Source of the DNA: a phage | NCBI GenBank assembly: GCA_018175075.1 | Contig: GCA_018175075.1_4100.1 | DNA: 64,000 nucleotides | Strand: one strand, 5' to 3' | Part shown: piece by piece, positions 10,050-19,484 of the stretch | Layout of the letters: every line of letters begins with the position of its first letter | Position numbering within the stretch: position 1 is the stretch's first letter | Notes under the pieces: model-generated | Databases searched by the model: none | Seen by the model: the letters and a program-made list of their open reading frames with translations, nothing else | What the model was told of the DNA's origin: nothing | Made by a program: the position numbers and the translations under genes

Positions 10050-10073
10050 AGGGTTGACTTCGGTCAACCTTTA
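10050..10073 (+). terminator. intrinsic terminator (UUCG loop)
   Basis: GGGTTGAC-TTCG-GTCAACCTTT. Confidence 0.55.
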
Positions 10074-10079
10074 TATATA

Positions 10080-10622
10080 ATGGAAGAAATAAACATGGAA
10101 CGTTGGAAATTAATTCCTGATTATGACTATTCAATTTCTGATCATGGAAGAGTAAGAAACGAACAAACTGGATATATAAGTTGTGGATTTAAAAATAAAG
10201 ATGGGTATGTGAAGGTCGATTTGTATCGCAATTCTGTGAAAAATAGAAAGGCGATTCATCGACTAGTAGCTGAAGCATTTTTACCACCACCCACACAGAA
10301 ACAGTTACAGTGGGCGAGTAGAACAAAGAAAAAAGTTGTTCACATAAACCATAAAGATTGTAATAGAAGTAACAATCACTATTTGAATTTGGAATGGAAC
10401 ACAGCATCTGAAAACGTACTATATTCTTATTCACATGGTAACGCAACAACTAATCGTGGTGCTGCTGTGTTGACATGGGAAATTGTAAGAGAAATAAGAA
10501 AAGATTATAATGATAATTATAATGATGTGATAGAATATGCACGAGAAAATTGTAATAAATACCGTGTATGTAAAAAAACAATACGTCGTATTTTATACAA
10601 TCAAACATGGATAGAGGATTAA
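10080..10622 (+). CDS. HNH homing endonuclease (NUMOD4 + HNH_3 type)
   Basis: N-terminal WKLIPDYDYSISDHGRVRN, AIHRLVAEAF, and HINHKDCNRSNNHYLNLEW HNH motif. Confidence 0.85.
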   Translation: MEEINMERWKLIPDYDYSISDHGRVRNEQTGYISCGFKNKDGYVKVDLYRNSVKNRKAIHRLVAEAFLPPPTQKQLQWASRTKKKVVHINHKDCNRSNNHYLNLEWNTASENVLYSYSHGNATTNRGAAVLTWEIVREIRKDYNDNYNDVIEYARENCNKYRVCKKTIRRILYNQTWIED

Positions 10623-10626
10623 AAAT

Positions 10627-11886
10627 ATGCCACAAGATAATGGGGATATGAAACATCGTAATGGTGGACTAGTACAACACTCGGATAAATGGGCCGACCG
10701 AAATCGTCGCAAAAATAGTTATCAAGCAGGACAAGGTTCACGTGGTTCCAGAAACCAAGGAACGGGACTTGCTGGTAAGGCAAACGCAGAAGCAGGTGAA
10801 GTTAAGAGTACTGAGAACATGACTGAGCTAGAAAAGCTACGTTATGTTAATTCATTGGGACTTCTTAATGCTACACAAAAACAACGTCTAGCTGATATGG
10901 AACGTGAAGAAAAAGAAAAGTCTGCTCCTGCGAAAGAAGAACCAAAACAAGAAGCACCAAAGGCGGTTAACCCTGTCAAAGAACTGTCTGATAAGTTAGG
11001 TAAGATTTTTGCTAATAAACCACAACTTATCCAAGGTATTGTGAAAGAATTGCAATCTGTACCTAAAGAAGAATTAAAAGTCAAAGCACAAGCTGTACTT
11101 GATGCAATGAGTGGAAATACCAGTACTGAACCAACTGAAGTATTCAGTACTATAATGCGTGCACTTGAAGGTACGCAACAAGGTGATGTGCCTGCACAAG
11201 AGGAAGTAAGTCTTGAAAGCGTACTTAAAACATTTGATAGTATTGGTAAAGAAGACCGTGCTAATGCTCAACAAGTTAAGAATGTACTAGCTAAGTTAGA
11301 AAACCGTCTGGAAGGTAAAGACGATAAGATTAAATTAGTATCTGATGCAGTTAACGATGCACTTAAATCTTATGTACAAGGTGAAAAGAGTCGTTTTGTA
11401 ACTGCAATGGATGCTGCATTCAATACTATGAAAAAGTATGAAGCTGATCATGGTGAGAAGGTTACACGAGATGGTTATCTGATGCGTGATGATGAAGAAG
11501 GTGCAGTAGAACAGAATGATGTTCATTCAGACGAAGAAATTGATGACATGGAAGCTGAACTGTCACAAGACCGCCAAATGACTGAAAAATCCCATAACGA
11601 ACTACAGAAATTAATGCAATGGGTTGCAGATGTTGGTGAAAAAGCTGGTGCTGATAAGAAGAGTATAAACCGAAATCTTAGTTGGATTAAAGATAAAGTT
11701 GGTAACAACGCTCGTAAACTACAAAAAGCGTGGACTGATGTAGTGAATGGTGCTGTTGACATTGATGTTGAATCCGGTGAGGCATATGATTATGCATTGA
11801 CTACACTTGATGACTCTTTCCGTGATTACGAAAATGGAAATGTAACTCCTTGGGAAAAGGATATCATGAGCAAATACGGTAAATGA
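10627..11886 (+). CDS. hypothetical acidic, Lys/Glu-rich protein
   Basis: 419-aa ORF; likely helical/coiled; shares SLGLL motif with 8900 gene. Confidence 0.75.
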   Translation: MPQDNGDMKHRNGGLVQHSDKWADRNRRKNSYQAGQGSRGSRNQGTGLAGKANAEAGEVKSTENMTELEKLRYVNSLGLLNATQKQRLADMEREEKEKSAPAKEEPKQEAPKAVNPVKELSDKLGKIFANKPQLIQGIVKELQSVPKEELKVKAQAVLDAMSGNTSTEPTEVFSTIMRALEGTQQGDVPAQEEVSLESVLKTFDSIGKEDRANAQQVKNVLAKLENRLEGKDDKIKLVSDAVNDALKSYVQGEKSRFVTAMDAAFNTMKKYEADHGEKVTRDGYLMRDDEEGAVEQNDVHSDEEIDDMEAELSQDRQMTEKSHNELQKLMQWVADVGEKAGADKKSINRNLSWIKDKVGNNARKLQKAWTDVVNGAVDIDVESGEAYDYALTTLDDSFRDYENGNVTPWEKDIMSKYGK

Positions 11887-11895
11887 TAAAACAAA

Positions 11896-11924
11896 AGGTT
11901 GACTTCGGTCAGCCTTTTTTTTGT
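11896..11924 (+). terminator. intrinsic terminator (UUCG loop)
   Basis: GGTTGAC-TTCG-GTCAGCC followed by T8. Confidence 0.7.
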
Positions 11925-11958
11925 AAATACAAAAGAGGAATTAAGAAGAGGGATTACA

Positions 11959-12210
11959 ATGAAAAAATATATTATATTTGGAATTGTATTATTTTCCAGT
12001 ACTGCTTATGGTGCAGATTATCATTGCTCCGTAGCAAGGCAGGATTTCAGAAATGGGGAGTTCTATACTACCTCATACACAAAAGGAATAATACACGACA
12101 CCGACAGAACTATTGGATTTAATGTGTTTGACAACAAAGATTCATATACTTCAGGTATACTATCTGAGCATAAGACTGATGTAATGGGAATAGAAAAAGA
12201 GTTCCGGTGA
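11959..12210 (+). CDS. secreted protein (signal peptide)
   Basis: ATG 11959 gives MKKYIIFGIVLFSSTAYGADY; track start 11899 lies in the terminator. Confidence 0.55.
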   Translation: MKKYIIFGIVLFSSTAYGADYHCSVARQDFRNGEFYTTSYTKGIIHDTDRTIGFNVFDNKDSYTSGILSEHKTDVMGIEKEFR

Positions 12211-12220
12211 TTCAGTAGTA

Positions 12221-12544
12221 ATGTGCAATGACATTGAAAGTACTAAAACAATTTATTATAATAATGAACGTAACTATCGTTTTCATAATTTAACCACAAA
12301 TAAAAGTTTACTATTTTACAATTGTAAAGAAGTAATACTCCCATCAGACAATAGCTGTACTCCAACTAATCAACCCCCAGCACAATGTAATACTCCCTCT
12401 GAACCTGATAAAAATAAAAAAGACAAAGATAAAGATAAAAAAGAAGACAAAAAACCTTTAAAAGATAAAAAGAAAGATAAAAAACCTAATCCGTTTAAAA
12501 ATAATAAACCAGCACAACCCGATATGACATGTAAAATAAAATAA
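12221..12544 (+). CDS. hypothetical protein with Lys/Asp-rich low-complexity tail
   Basis: 107 aa; KDKDKDKKEDKK repeat. Confidence 0.45.
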   Translation: MCNDIESTKTIYYNNERNYRFHNLTTNKSLLFYNCKEVILPSDNSCTPTNQPPAQCNTPSEPDKNKKDKDKDKKEDKKPLKDKKKDKKPNPFKNNKPAQPDMTCKIK

Positions 12545-12553
12545 GGATATATA

Positions 12554-12973
12554 ATGAAAAAGATTTTTTTAAGTATTATTTTAGTACTTTTTAGTTTTAA
12601 TGTATATGCAGCAGATGCTAAACAGGTTGCAAATACAGTAAAAGATGTTATAGTAGATAATGCTCCTACATTAGAGGAAATTGGGGTAAAAACTTGTGAT
12701 ATAGTAATATATAATTTAGTTAATGATGAACGAGTTATGTTGAATACGTATGAACAAGTAGTCCCATTGGTTGAATCTGGTGATGCTTTTAGCTTTACAT
12801 ATAAAGTTAAATTAACAGGAGGGGTTGAAGTTAATCTTGACATTGATACCGCTTCAGTACTAAAAGATAAACTAGGATATGTGTTCAATCGTATTCGTGA
12901 AGAAGGTCATCTTAAGTATGTTTATGAAAGTAAAATACTAAAACGTGCAATAGTTATAGAAAACTGTAAATGA
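12554..12973 (+). CDS. secreted protein (signal peptide)
   Basis: signal MKKIFLSIILVLFSFNVYAADA; AAGGA RBS. Confidence 0.6.
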   Translation: MKKIFLSIILVLFSFNVYAADAKQVANTVKDVIVDNAPTLEEIGVKTCDIVIYNLVNDERVMLNTYEQVVPLVESGDAFSFTYKVKLTGGVEVNLDIDTASVLKDKLGYVFNRIREEGHLKYVYESKILKRAIVIENCK

Positions 12974-12979
12974 TAATAA

Positions 12980-13007
12980 AAGGGTTGACTTCGGTCAGCC
13001 TTTTTTG
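12980..13007 (+). terminator. intrinsic terminator (UUCG loop)
   Basis: GGGTTGAC-TTCG-GTCAGCC followed by T6. Confidence 0.7.
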
Positions 13008-13042
13008 TTATGATGTTGGTATTAACTACAGAGGATAAAGTA

Positions 13043-13684
13043 ATGACTAAGCAAGACATATTCAAAACTTTAATTGACATTTTGCGTCCATCAAAAACTC
13101 GTTGTGCGATGGAGTTTGATATTCCTTATGCTGAACGCGTAATCTTTCCACAAGTTAAAGCTGCTGGACTTACTTTGCTTGGAATGGGGATGTACTCTGT
13201 AGTAGTTGAACATAAAAACTATCATGGACGTGCATTTAAAGTAACCACTTCACGCTGGGATGGTTTTCGTGCTTATGCAAAGTACTGCATTGAAAACGCA
13301 GGAACCAAGTTTCTTCCAGTGATCTACAGTGCCAACGAACAAGGAAACTTTGGATGGTATGAGATGGACAAGTACTATCCTATAATTAAACAAAAAAATA
13401 ATTATGATGACTTTGTTAGTACTAAAATTGGAGATTTATATTCTTATGCACATGCTGGTCAGTACGCTACTTCAGTGAATGATATGCGTGGAAATTCTGA
13501 AGAGATTGCTATTGCAACGGTCGCTGCTAACATCATGAAAGAGTTTCACGGGCGTTTTGTACCAGACATTCATTCAAGTAATGTGATGATGGATAAAGAT
13601 GGCAATGTATTCATTACTGATCCTCTTTCGTGTGATGTACGTAGAGAAATACCAGTTACTGAAGAAGATCCAGTTTTTTATTGA
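13043..13684 (+). CDS. putative atypical protein-kinase-like protein
   Basis: GMGMYSVV Gly loop, AFK lysine, DIHSSNVMM catalytic-loop-like, ITDP; GAGGA RBS at ATG 13043. Confidence 0.4.
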   Translation: MTKQDIFKTLIDILRPSKTRCAMEFDIPYAERVIFPQVKAAGLTLLGMGMYSVVVEHKNYHGRAFKVTTSRWDGFRAYAKYCIENAGTKFLPVIYSANEQGNFGWYEMDKYYPIIKQKNNYDDFVSTKIGDLYSYAHAGQYATSVNDMRGNSEEIAIATVAANIMKEFHGRFVPDIHSSNVMMDKDGNVFITDPLSCDVRREIPVTEEDPVFY

Positions 13685-13745
13685 CAGAACTGATGTTCTG
13701 GTGTATTCTTAATAAACCATAAAAATTGCGGTAAAGGATAAAATC

Positions 13746-14027
13746 ATGCGTTCATTTGAAAACTTAATAGGTAAGCATCTTTTATCTGAAATTGATGCAG
13801 ACGTTAAAGAATTATCCAAATCAAAAAGTTACATTCATTTGGATGAACTGTTTATTAAGTACGGTGAGATTGGTTTTAAGTCATTATTTGTTTTTACTAT
13901 GAAAGTACATAGTTTAAAGTACTTCGATTTGAGTTCTAAAGATGGTGAACCGAATCTATATTACATGTATTACCTTAAGAACAAAGATGAAGCTAATACA
14001 TTACTCTCTGAATATATATTGGGGTAA
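13746..14027 (+). CDS. hypothetical protein
   Basis: 93-aa ORF. Confidence 0.55.
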   Translation: MRSFENLIGKHLLSEIDADVKELSKSKSYIHLDELFIKYGEIGFKSLFVFTMKVHSLKYFDLSSKDGEPNLYYMYYLKNKDEANTLLSEYILG

Positions 14028-14029
14028 AA

Positions 14030-14368
14030 ATGGAACAATATTTTGAATTAATAAACAAAGTATCATTTTATGTAGTATCTTTGGTTTGGGTGTATTATAT
14101 GTTTTGCTATATTATTGCATTCTTCCGATATACTACTTTATATGAACGTATCTACTATGATGCCCCAATTTCATTCTTGATGTTTTGTGCATGTACGTGG
14201 GGAATATTAGAAGTACTGATATGTGGGTATAGTACTGATGAATTAAATCTGGTATCGGTGTTGACTGGGTTTTCATTTGTTGTTATGATAGCTGCCGTTC
14301 CAGTATGGTTGTTCTTTGGACTAGTTCATCGCATTGATATATGGCGTTCTAATATCCCTGAAAAGTAA
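14030..14368 (+). CDS. small multi-TM membrane protein (paralog family M)
   Basis: hydrophobic; C-terminal RSNIPEK tail. Confidence 0.55.
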   Translation: MEQYFELINKVSFYVVSLVWVYYMFCYIIAFFRYTTLYERIYYDAPISFLMFCACTWGILEVLICGYSTDELNLVSVLTGFSFVVMIAAVPVWLFFGLVHRIDIWRSNIPEK

Positions 14369-14377
14369 GGATTGGAA

Positions 14378-14719
14378 ATGATTTATTACACTAACATGTT
14401 TGCCTATGCTGTTGCTTGCATTTACATTGTTTACTTCTTATTCGGTGGAGTACTGTGCTTCTTTAAGTACAAAACGTTGTTCAACCGAATGTACCCAAAT
14501 CATCCAATTGTAGTTGTACTTTTGATTCTTTCAGTTTCTCAAATAATCGTTGAAACTACAATGGGTATCAGTAGTGTACATTATAGTTTTGGCACTATAG
14601 TAATTATTACTATGCTTATTGCATACATTTTAGTACTTGGATATGGTATCTTTGGTAATATTGGTATGAAAATGTATCATCGAATTAAAACATTACGTGA
14701 TAATCTACCGGAGCGTTGA
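14378..14719 (+). CDS. small multi-TM membrane protein (family M)
   Basis: ATG 14378 with AAGGA RBS (track used TTG 14372); tail RDNLPER. Confidence 0.55.
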   Translation: MIYYTNMFAYAVACIYIVYFLFGGVLCFFKYKTLFNRMYPNHPIVVVLLILSVSQIIVETTMGISSVHYSFGTIVIITMLIAYILVLGYGIFGNIGMKMYHRIKTLRDNLPER

Positions 14720-14720
14720 T

Positions 14721-15065
14721 ATGTATAATTTGAACCTAATCTCATATATTATAACAACACTGTTTACATTCTATGCCTTTGTTGGTATAATCCTACTGTA
14801 CTTTAAATTTTATAAAGTGTTTAACCGTTTCTATCCTTCAATGGAGAATGAGTTTTTCTTTGTGTTGTACGTAGGTTACACATTAATGGCTACATGTTTC
14901 ACTGTAGCCGATGGTGTCATCGGCATTAAAACTGATTCCCCAAATGGTAGTACGCTGGTTGCATTTATTCTTACTGGATTCCTTGCAACTTATATTGCCT
15001 TCATTACAACATGGTCAGTGGTTGAATTTCTCTTGCGACTACGAAAGAATATGCCGAATCGATAG
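14721..15065 (+). CDS. small multi-TM membrane protein (family M)
   Basis: ATG 14721 after upstream stop; tail RKNMPNR. Confidence 0.55.
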   Translation: MYNLNLISYIITTLFTFYAFVGIILLYFKFYKVFNRFYPSMENEFFFVLYVGYTLMATCFTVADGVIGIKTDSPNGSTLVAFILTGFLATYIAFITTWSVVEFLLRLRKNMPNR

Positions 15066-15074
15066 GAGACATAT

Positions 15075-15329
15075 ATGTTTGCGTTGCGTAATAAAAACAC
15101 TAAAGAATTATTATGTATTGATACCGTATGGGATTGTGCGGGATCAACTACAGTTCTTGAAGAAGGAACTGGATATTGCGTGTTTGTTGTTCATGATAGG
15201 AATGAACTCGAATTATTACTTGCTGAGTTCAATGCTGGTGGTAATCCTAACAGTACTGAATACCCTGAGATTATCAATCCAGCACCACCAGGCTCTTATG
15301 AAATTCTACAACTGTGGGAGTTGAAGTAA
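15075..15329 (+). CDS. hypothetical protein
   Basis: 84 aa, AGGAG RBS. Confidence 0.55.
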   Translation: MFALRNKNTKELLCIDTVWDCAGSTTVLEEGTGYCVFVVHDRNELELLLAEFNAGGNPNSTEYPEIINPAPPGSYEILQLWELK

Positions 15330-15709
15330 TGCGTCAAATGCACAAAGTAACCGAGCTAAACAAGCGTCTGGTTAAACAATCAATGTTCGAGGATAAAGAG
15401 TCTTATTATAACTTTAAACGTGCTGTAGAGGCTGCTATCCACATTCAGAAGCTTAAAGAACGTGGTTGTATTATTCTGGAAAATGGGTCGGAAGTTGTAA
15501 CGGATGACTTTAGTGTAGCGTTTGATGTTTCACCTGACGGGACGCTATCAATGCCCCGCTTAGGAACTGGAAACATGACTGTTTGGGTTGGCTTCACTAT
15601 GGGGAATGTACCTGGTACTGTGTACGTAGATGATGCGGAATTGAAAGACAGTTTCAAAAACTTATCTTATCTTGAACCACAATACGCACATGAAATGAAT
15701 TTATTTTGA
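15329..15709 (+). CDS. hypothetical protein
   Basis: ATG 15329 overlapping upstream TAA; GGGAG RBS. Confidence 0.55.
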   Translation: MRQMHKVTELNKRLVKQSMFEDKESYYNFKRAVEAAIHIQKLKERGCIILENGSEVVTDDFSVAFDVSPDGTLSMPRLGTGNMTVWVGFTMGNVPGTVYVDDAELKDSFKNLSYLEPQYAHEMNLF

Positions 15710-15710
15710 G

Positions 15711-15767
15711 TTGACAAACACATTCAGTACTGTATAATGCTTATCAAGGGGATGAACTTCTCATCCC
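15711..15767 (+). promoter_or_regulatory. promoter TTGACA/16/TATAAT plus GGGATGA..TCATCCC stem-loop
   Basis: TTGACA 15711-15716, TATAAT 15733-15738, hairpin 15749-15767. Confidence 0.5.
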
Positions 15768-15785
15768 TACAATCGAGGAACTACC

Positions 15786-16340
15786 ATGATTACTTTTAAG
15801 AAAACTGCTAACCACATCCATGAAATCTACATTAACGGTCACAAAGCTGGCCTTCTTCGTTTACTCGCCCATCATCCTGATGTTACCGTATCTGATAATG
15901 AACCTAAAGATTGGCGTGTATTTTTCTTTGGAAAGTACAGTGATTTTCAAGTATCAAACCTGAAGAACATTCGTTCAGTATGCACGTTAACTGAAATTAA
16001 AGAAAAGTTAGAAAAAGCATTGAAAACTAATCCAGATGGTGTTCTTCCACCTGATAACTTTGTAGAGAAAGGTTATGCATTAGCTCATTTCAAAGATGGT
16101 ACTATTCAATCTATCAGTACTGAATATGAATATCAATGGACTGAGTACTTCACTTATGGATCGCGTAATACATTGATGGCTTCACGTAGTAAATTGGAAG
16201 AAGTACTGACTCGTATGAATGAACGCGAACGTCAATTTTATGACAAACCAGAAATGTGGAGTTCAACTTACATTGACCGTATTGACTATGTTATTATGAC
16301 TCCAATCTTTGACACTGCTTACTATGATTCTTTGAAATAA
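15786..16340 (+). CDS. hypothetical protein
   Basis: 184 aa, GAGGA RBS. Confidence 0.65.
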   Translation: MITFKKTANHIHEIYINGHKAGLLRLLAHHPDVTVSDNEPKDWRVFFFGKYSDFQVSNLKNIRSVCTLTEIKEKLEKALKTNPDGVLPPDNFVEKGYALAHFKDGTIQSISTEYEYQWTEYFTYGSRNTLMASRSKLEEVLTRMNERERQFYDKPEMWSSTYIDRIDYVIMTPIFDTAYYDSLK

Positions 16341-16351
16341 GGATAACTTAT

Positions 16352-16528
16352 ATGAAACTACGTACTCGTAATCGACTGATGGATGCACTGTACCATGAAC
16401 AGCTTTCACTGAATGAAGTGAAGCGACAGTTAATGTACACATATCTGTTACCCGCTCGCATTGCAAAACAACGTGCTAAAGAATTGCTGAAAGAAGCAAT
16501 CGAGTACTGGGAATCTGATTCGTACTAA
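16352..16528 (+). CDS. small hypothetical protein
   Basis: 58-aa ORF below track cutoff; AAGGA RBS. Confidence 0.4.
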   Translation: MKLRTRNRLMDALYHEQLSLNEVKRQLMYTYLLPARIAKQRAKELLKEAIEYWESDSY

Positions 16529-16556
16529 TTGTCACGTTAATTAAGTGAGGCGATAA

Positions 16557-16808
16557 ATGAAAATTTTATTAGTTCTAATACTACTAATTGTTTTACCATT
16601 TACGTTAGTATCCCCTGAACTTGCATGGAATGTGTTTGTGTACTTACTATGTACTATTGTAGTAAATGGTATCTTGTTCTTAGTTCTATTCATAAATGGA
16701 ATAGGACACGGTGGAGGATGGACCAGTACTGCTGATATTGTACATAAAACCACTATGTCTTTATTTGTAGTGTGGAATTTATTCTGGACTTGGTTTGTGT
16801 TCTTCTAA
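16557..16808 (+). CDS. small membrane protein
   Basis: 83 aa, hydrophobic, GAGG RBS. Confidence 0.55.
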   Translation: MKILLVLILLIVLPFTLVSPELAWNVFVYLLCTIVVNGILFLVLFINGIGHGGGWTSTADIVHKTTMSLFVVWNLFWTWFVFF

Positions 16809-16819
16809 TTAAAAAAAAT

Positions 16820-17191
16820 ATGAATATAGATTTGAAAGGTGCAACACGAACTGTCATACTCATTGGGGAATATGCTATCAAGATTCCAACCTTTAAAAGT
16901 TGGAAGCTATTCTTAACAGGGATGATAGCTAACCTCAATGAATGTTCGTGGATGCAGTACTCCAAGCGTAGTAATAGTGGTATCTGCCCTACGTTGTGGT
17001 CATCATGTACTGGACTAGTAACTGTACAGAAACGTTGTAAGCCAGTACAACATAGGGGTTTATTTTGGGTGGAGTTGTGTGCTTTAGCATTGGATTCAGA
17101 GTTAAGTACTGACTTCTTCTATTCAGATGCGAAGCCAGAAAACTTTGGGTATCTGTGTGGTAAGTTGGTTAAACTTGATTATGGAGATTAA
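16820..17191 (+). CDS. minimal protein-kinase-like protein
   Basis: GEYAIK lysine motif, DAKPENFG catalytic loop, KLDYGD DFG-like; ORF ends right after DYG. Confidence 0.5.
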   Translation: MNIDLKGATRTVILIGEYAIKIPTFKSWKLFLTGMIANLNECSWMQYSKRSNSGICPTLWSSCTGLVTVQKRCKPVQHRGLFWVELCALALDSELSTDFFYSDAKPENFGYLCGKLVKLDYGD

Positions 17192-17192
17192 T

Positions 17193-17462
17193 ATGTACGC
17201 ACTGTATAATAAAGAAAAGAAACGATTTGCTAAGGTTGAAATTTCGATTGATACATTTGACATGTTGGAGTACTGTATTGTAACGGACTTATATGCTAAC
17301 TTGTATTACGTTCTTGATGACGTATCAGTACTGCAACGATTGCTTGAGAATTCCAAAAGTCAATGCCAGGACATCCATGATGGTTCATCTTATGAAACAC
17401 CTGAGTGTCCCCACGGGCAACTCGATGGGTATGAGATTGTTAAGTTGGGAATTGTTGAGTAA
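17193..17462 (+). CDS. hypothetical protein
   Basis: ATG 17193 with GGAG RBS, directly after kinase-like gene. Confidence 0.5.
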   Translation: MYALYNKEKKRFAKVEISIDTFDMLEYCIVTDLYANLYYVLDDVSVLQRLLENSKSQCQDIHDGSSYETPECPHGQLDGYEIVKLGIVE

Positions 17463-17468
17463 AAGGTA

Positions 17469-17497
17469 TTGACACCGTACTCATTTAACTGTATTAT
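17469..17497 (+). promoter_or_regulatory. sigma70-like promoter TTGACA/17/TATTAT
   Basis: hexamers read directly. Confidence 0.45.
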
Positions 17498-17527
17498 GTA
17501 TGTACACCAACTAATGAGGAATCGGAA

Positions 17528-17887
17528 ATGGCATCTTTATCTGAAATCACTGAACTGAATCCACTGGTAATTAGTACTGTTCAACGCACCAAGACGTTTT
17601 ACTTCCGTCCTGCTGATGGATGGAAACGTGGAATGAATGGTGACTATCGAGTACTGGAAGATTCGCTCATCGAGCGTATCAACTCTGAACTACAGAAGTA
17701 TGAAGGTGTTAAAGTTGTCCGTTCAACTTCTCGTTATTTTGAGTACTACATTGAGTCTTCAACTGTAAATGAAAACTCATCATTCTCGGTGGATAACACT
17801 GATATTCTTCGCAATGCAGTTGGTTTGCTATGCAACATTGCAGAAGAAATGGGATTAACTATCACCACAATGAGTGAGTTAGAATAG
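17528..17887 (+). CDS. hypothetical protein
   Basis: 119 aa, GAGGA RBS. Confidence 0.6.
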   Translation: MASLSEITELNPLVISTVQRTKTFYFRPADGWKRGMNGDYRVLEDSLIERINSELQKYEGVKVVRSTSRYFEYYIESSTVNENSSFSVDNTDILRNAVGLLCNIAEEMGLTITTMSELE

Positions 17888-17895
17888 AATAAAAA

Positions 17896-17922
17896 AAGGG
17901 TTGACTTAGGTCGGCCCTTTTG
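17896..17922 (+). terminator. intrinsic terminator
   Basis: GGGTTGACTTAGGTCGGCCC followed by T-run. Confidence 0.65.
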
Positions 17923-17957
17923 CTATTATATCTATATCGAAACGAAGGAGACAAACC

Positions 17958-18731
17958 ATGACCCGTCAAGAGAAAGCAATCCAAATCGAAAAAAACTTCA
18001 ATAGCATGATGGCTGCACTGGAATGCCTTCTTGATACACAAGCTAACTCTATCAACTCTCTGATCGTATCAGGTAAAGGTGGTGTTGGTAAAACTTATAA
18101 CGTTGACCAACGGTTGCAGAAAGCTGATGATAACTTTGAAATCGACTACAAGAAAATCAGTGGTAAAGTAACTACTTTGGGTCTGTACGAAGCACTGTAT
18201 CGTTCACGTCATGCCGCATCAGTACTGTTACTTGATGACGTTGATATCTTCTCTGACGAGACTAACATTGATTTGCTTAAAGCTGTGTTGGATACGTCAG
18301 AGAAGCGTGTAGTTTCTTACGCGACTTCTGCTAAGTACCTGGAACAGCAGGGTATCCCTAAGCAGTTTGAATTCCGTGGTAAAGTAATCTTTCTGACTAA
18401 CAAAAACCTGTCACAGATTGCTAAAGGTAAAAGCAGCTTAGCACCACACATCGATGCACTGATCACTCGTAGTATCTTTGTTGACCTGCAACTGTTCACC
18501 AACGAAGAAGTGATGATTCACATTGAGAACATCATGAACAAAACTAACATCCTTGAAAACAATGGTGTTAACAAAAATGGTTGTAAAGCAATCCTGAATT
18601 GGATGCTGAACAACGAAGAACGTTTGCGTAGTCCATCACTGCGTATGCCAGTACTGATCGCTGGTTTGTATAATAAATTCCCATACGATTGGGAATCAAT
18701 GGCAGAGAATATGTTCCTTGAGAAAATTTAA
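17958..18731 (+). CDS. AAA+/P-loop ATPase
   Basis: Walker A GKGGVGKT, Walker B VLLLDDVD, sensor-1-like IFLTNKN; AAGGAG RBS. Confidence 0.65.
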   Translation: MTRQEKAIQIEKNFNSMMAALECLLDTQANSINSLIVSGKGGVGKTYNVDQRLQKADDNFEIDYKKISGKVTTLGLYEALYRSRHAASVLLLDDVDIFSDETNIDLLKAVLDTSEKRVVSYATSAKYLEQQGIPKQFEFRGKVIFLTNKNLSQIAKGKSSLAPHIDALITRSIFVDLQLFTNEEVMIHIENIMNKTNILENNGVNKNGCKAILNWMLNNEERLRSPSLRMPVLIAGLYNKFPYDWESMAENMFLEKI

Positions 18732-18742
18732 TTACATGTATT

Positions 18743-18770
18743 GACAGTACTACACTATGGTAGTACTATA
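18743..18770 (+). promoter_or_regulatory. sigma70-like promoter TTGACA/16/TACTAT
   Basis: hexamers read directly. Confidence 0.4.
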
Positions 18771-18798
18771 ACTTAATATTCACCACCGGAGATACGAT

Positions 18799-19137
18799 AT
18801 GCTTGAGTTTTTTAATTCAGATACAATGATTAGTATTACTTTGATTTATCTGTTTGGTTTTTTCTTTTATCATGCACTGGTTGTAGTACTGTGGTATTTT
18901 AAAAAGAAAATTGTTTTTAAACTGTATCCAGTAAGGAATTCATCACTAGTTCTTTACACACTAGTTCAAGGTTTGTTTGCAATTGTTGGTCTTATGGCAC
19001 ACTTAATTTATTGTGCCAATCCTCACTTGAACTCAATCTCACAATATATTGTATTCTTTGGGTTGTTCATTTGGTTAGTTGTATACTTAATCCATCTCAT
19101 TATTCATGGTAGAGATAAAATTCGCGGAGACTTCTAA
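18799..19137 (+). CDS. small multi-TM membrane protein (family M)
   Basis: 112 aa, hydrophobic, basic tail. Confidence 0.55.
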   Translation: MLEFFNSDTMISITLIYLFGFFFYHALVVVLWYFKKKIVFKLYPVRNSSLVLYTLVQGLFAIVGLMAHLIYCANPHLNSISQYIVFFGLFIWLVVYLIHLIIHGRDKIRGDF

Positions 19138-19484
19138 TGTTTGAAGCTTATCTTGAGTTTTTAAGGAGTAGTTCAGTTGCACATTCACTTGCAGGGATTA
19201 TTCTAACAACTTATGTATCATTTTGGGTAGTTATGTTTCTAGGATGGTATTTTAAACGACAATTCTATAAACGTAATGGTGAAGATTTTATGAATTCTGC
19301 CATTAATCAATCGTTGTTTGCATCAACATTGATTGCATGTATTGTAGCAACACTCACAGGAAAGGTACTACCAGCTTTTTCCGCAGTTTACGGCACACTT
19401 GGGATGATATGTTTAACTTTTATATTGACCATTAAAATTTGTTGTGTTATGATTGAACTTCGAAATAAGATACCGGAGGAATGA
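19137..19484 (+). CDS. small multi-TM membrane protein (family M)
   Basis: tail LRNKIPEE; start overlaps upstream stop. Confidence 0.55.
   Translation: MFEAYLEFLRSSSVAHSLAGIILTTYVSFWVVMFLGWYFKRQFYKRNGEDFMNSAINQSLFASTLIACIVATLTGKVLPAFSAVYGTLGMICLTFILTIKICCVMIELRNKIPEE

Noticed and set aside
12370-12888. 172-aa minus-strand ORF and many other antisense ORFs within the plus-strand gene blocks (e.g. 1489-1716, 2232-2420, 7161-7454, 11523-11762)
   Set aside because: They overlap well-supported plus-strand genes, lack RBS, cross terminators, and have low-complexity translations. Treated as antisense shadows.
13681-13709. Promoter at TTGACA 13681
   Set aside because: No acceptable -10 hexamer at 16-18 bp spacing (TATTCT at best).
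14911-15324. 137-aa plus ORF overlapping two adjacent genes; similar cases at 49915-50145 and 8543-8725
   Set aside because: Out-of-frame overlap with better-supported genes that have RBS and family similarity.
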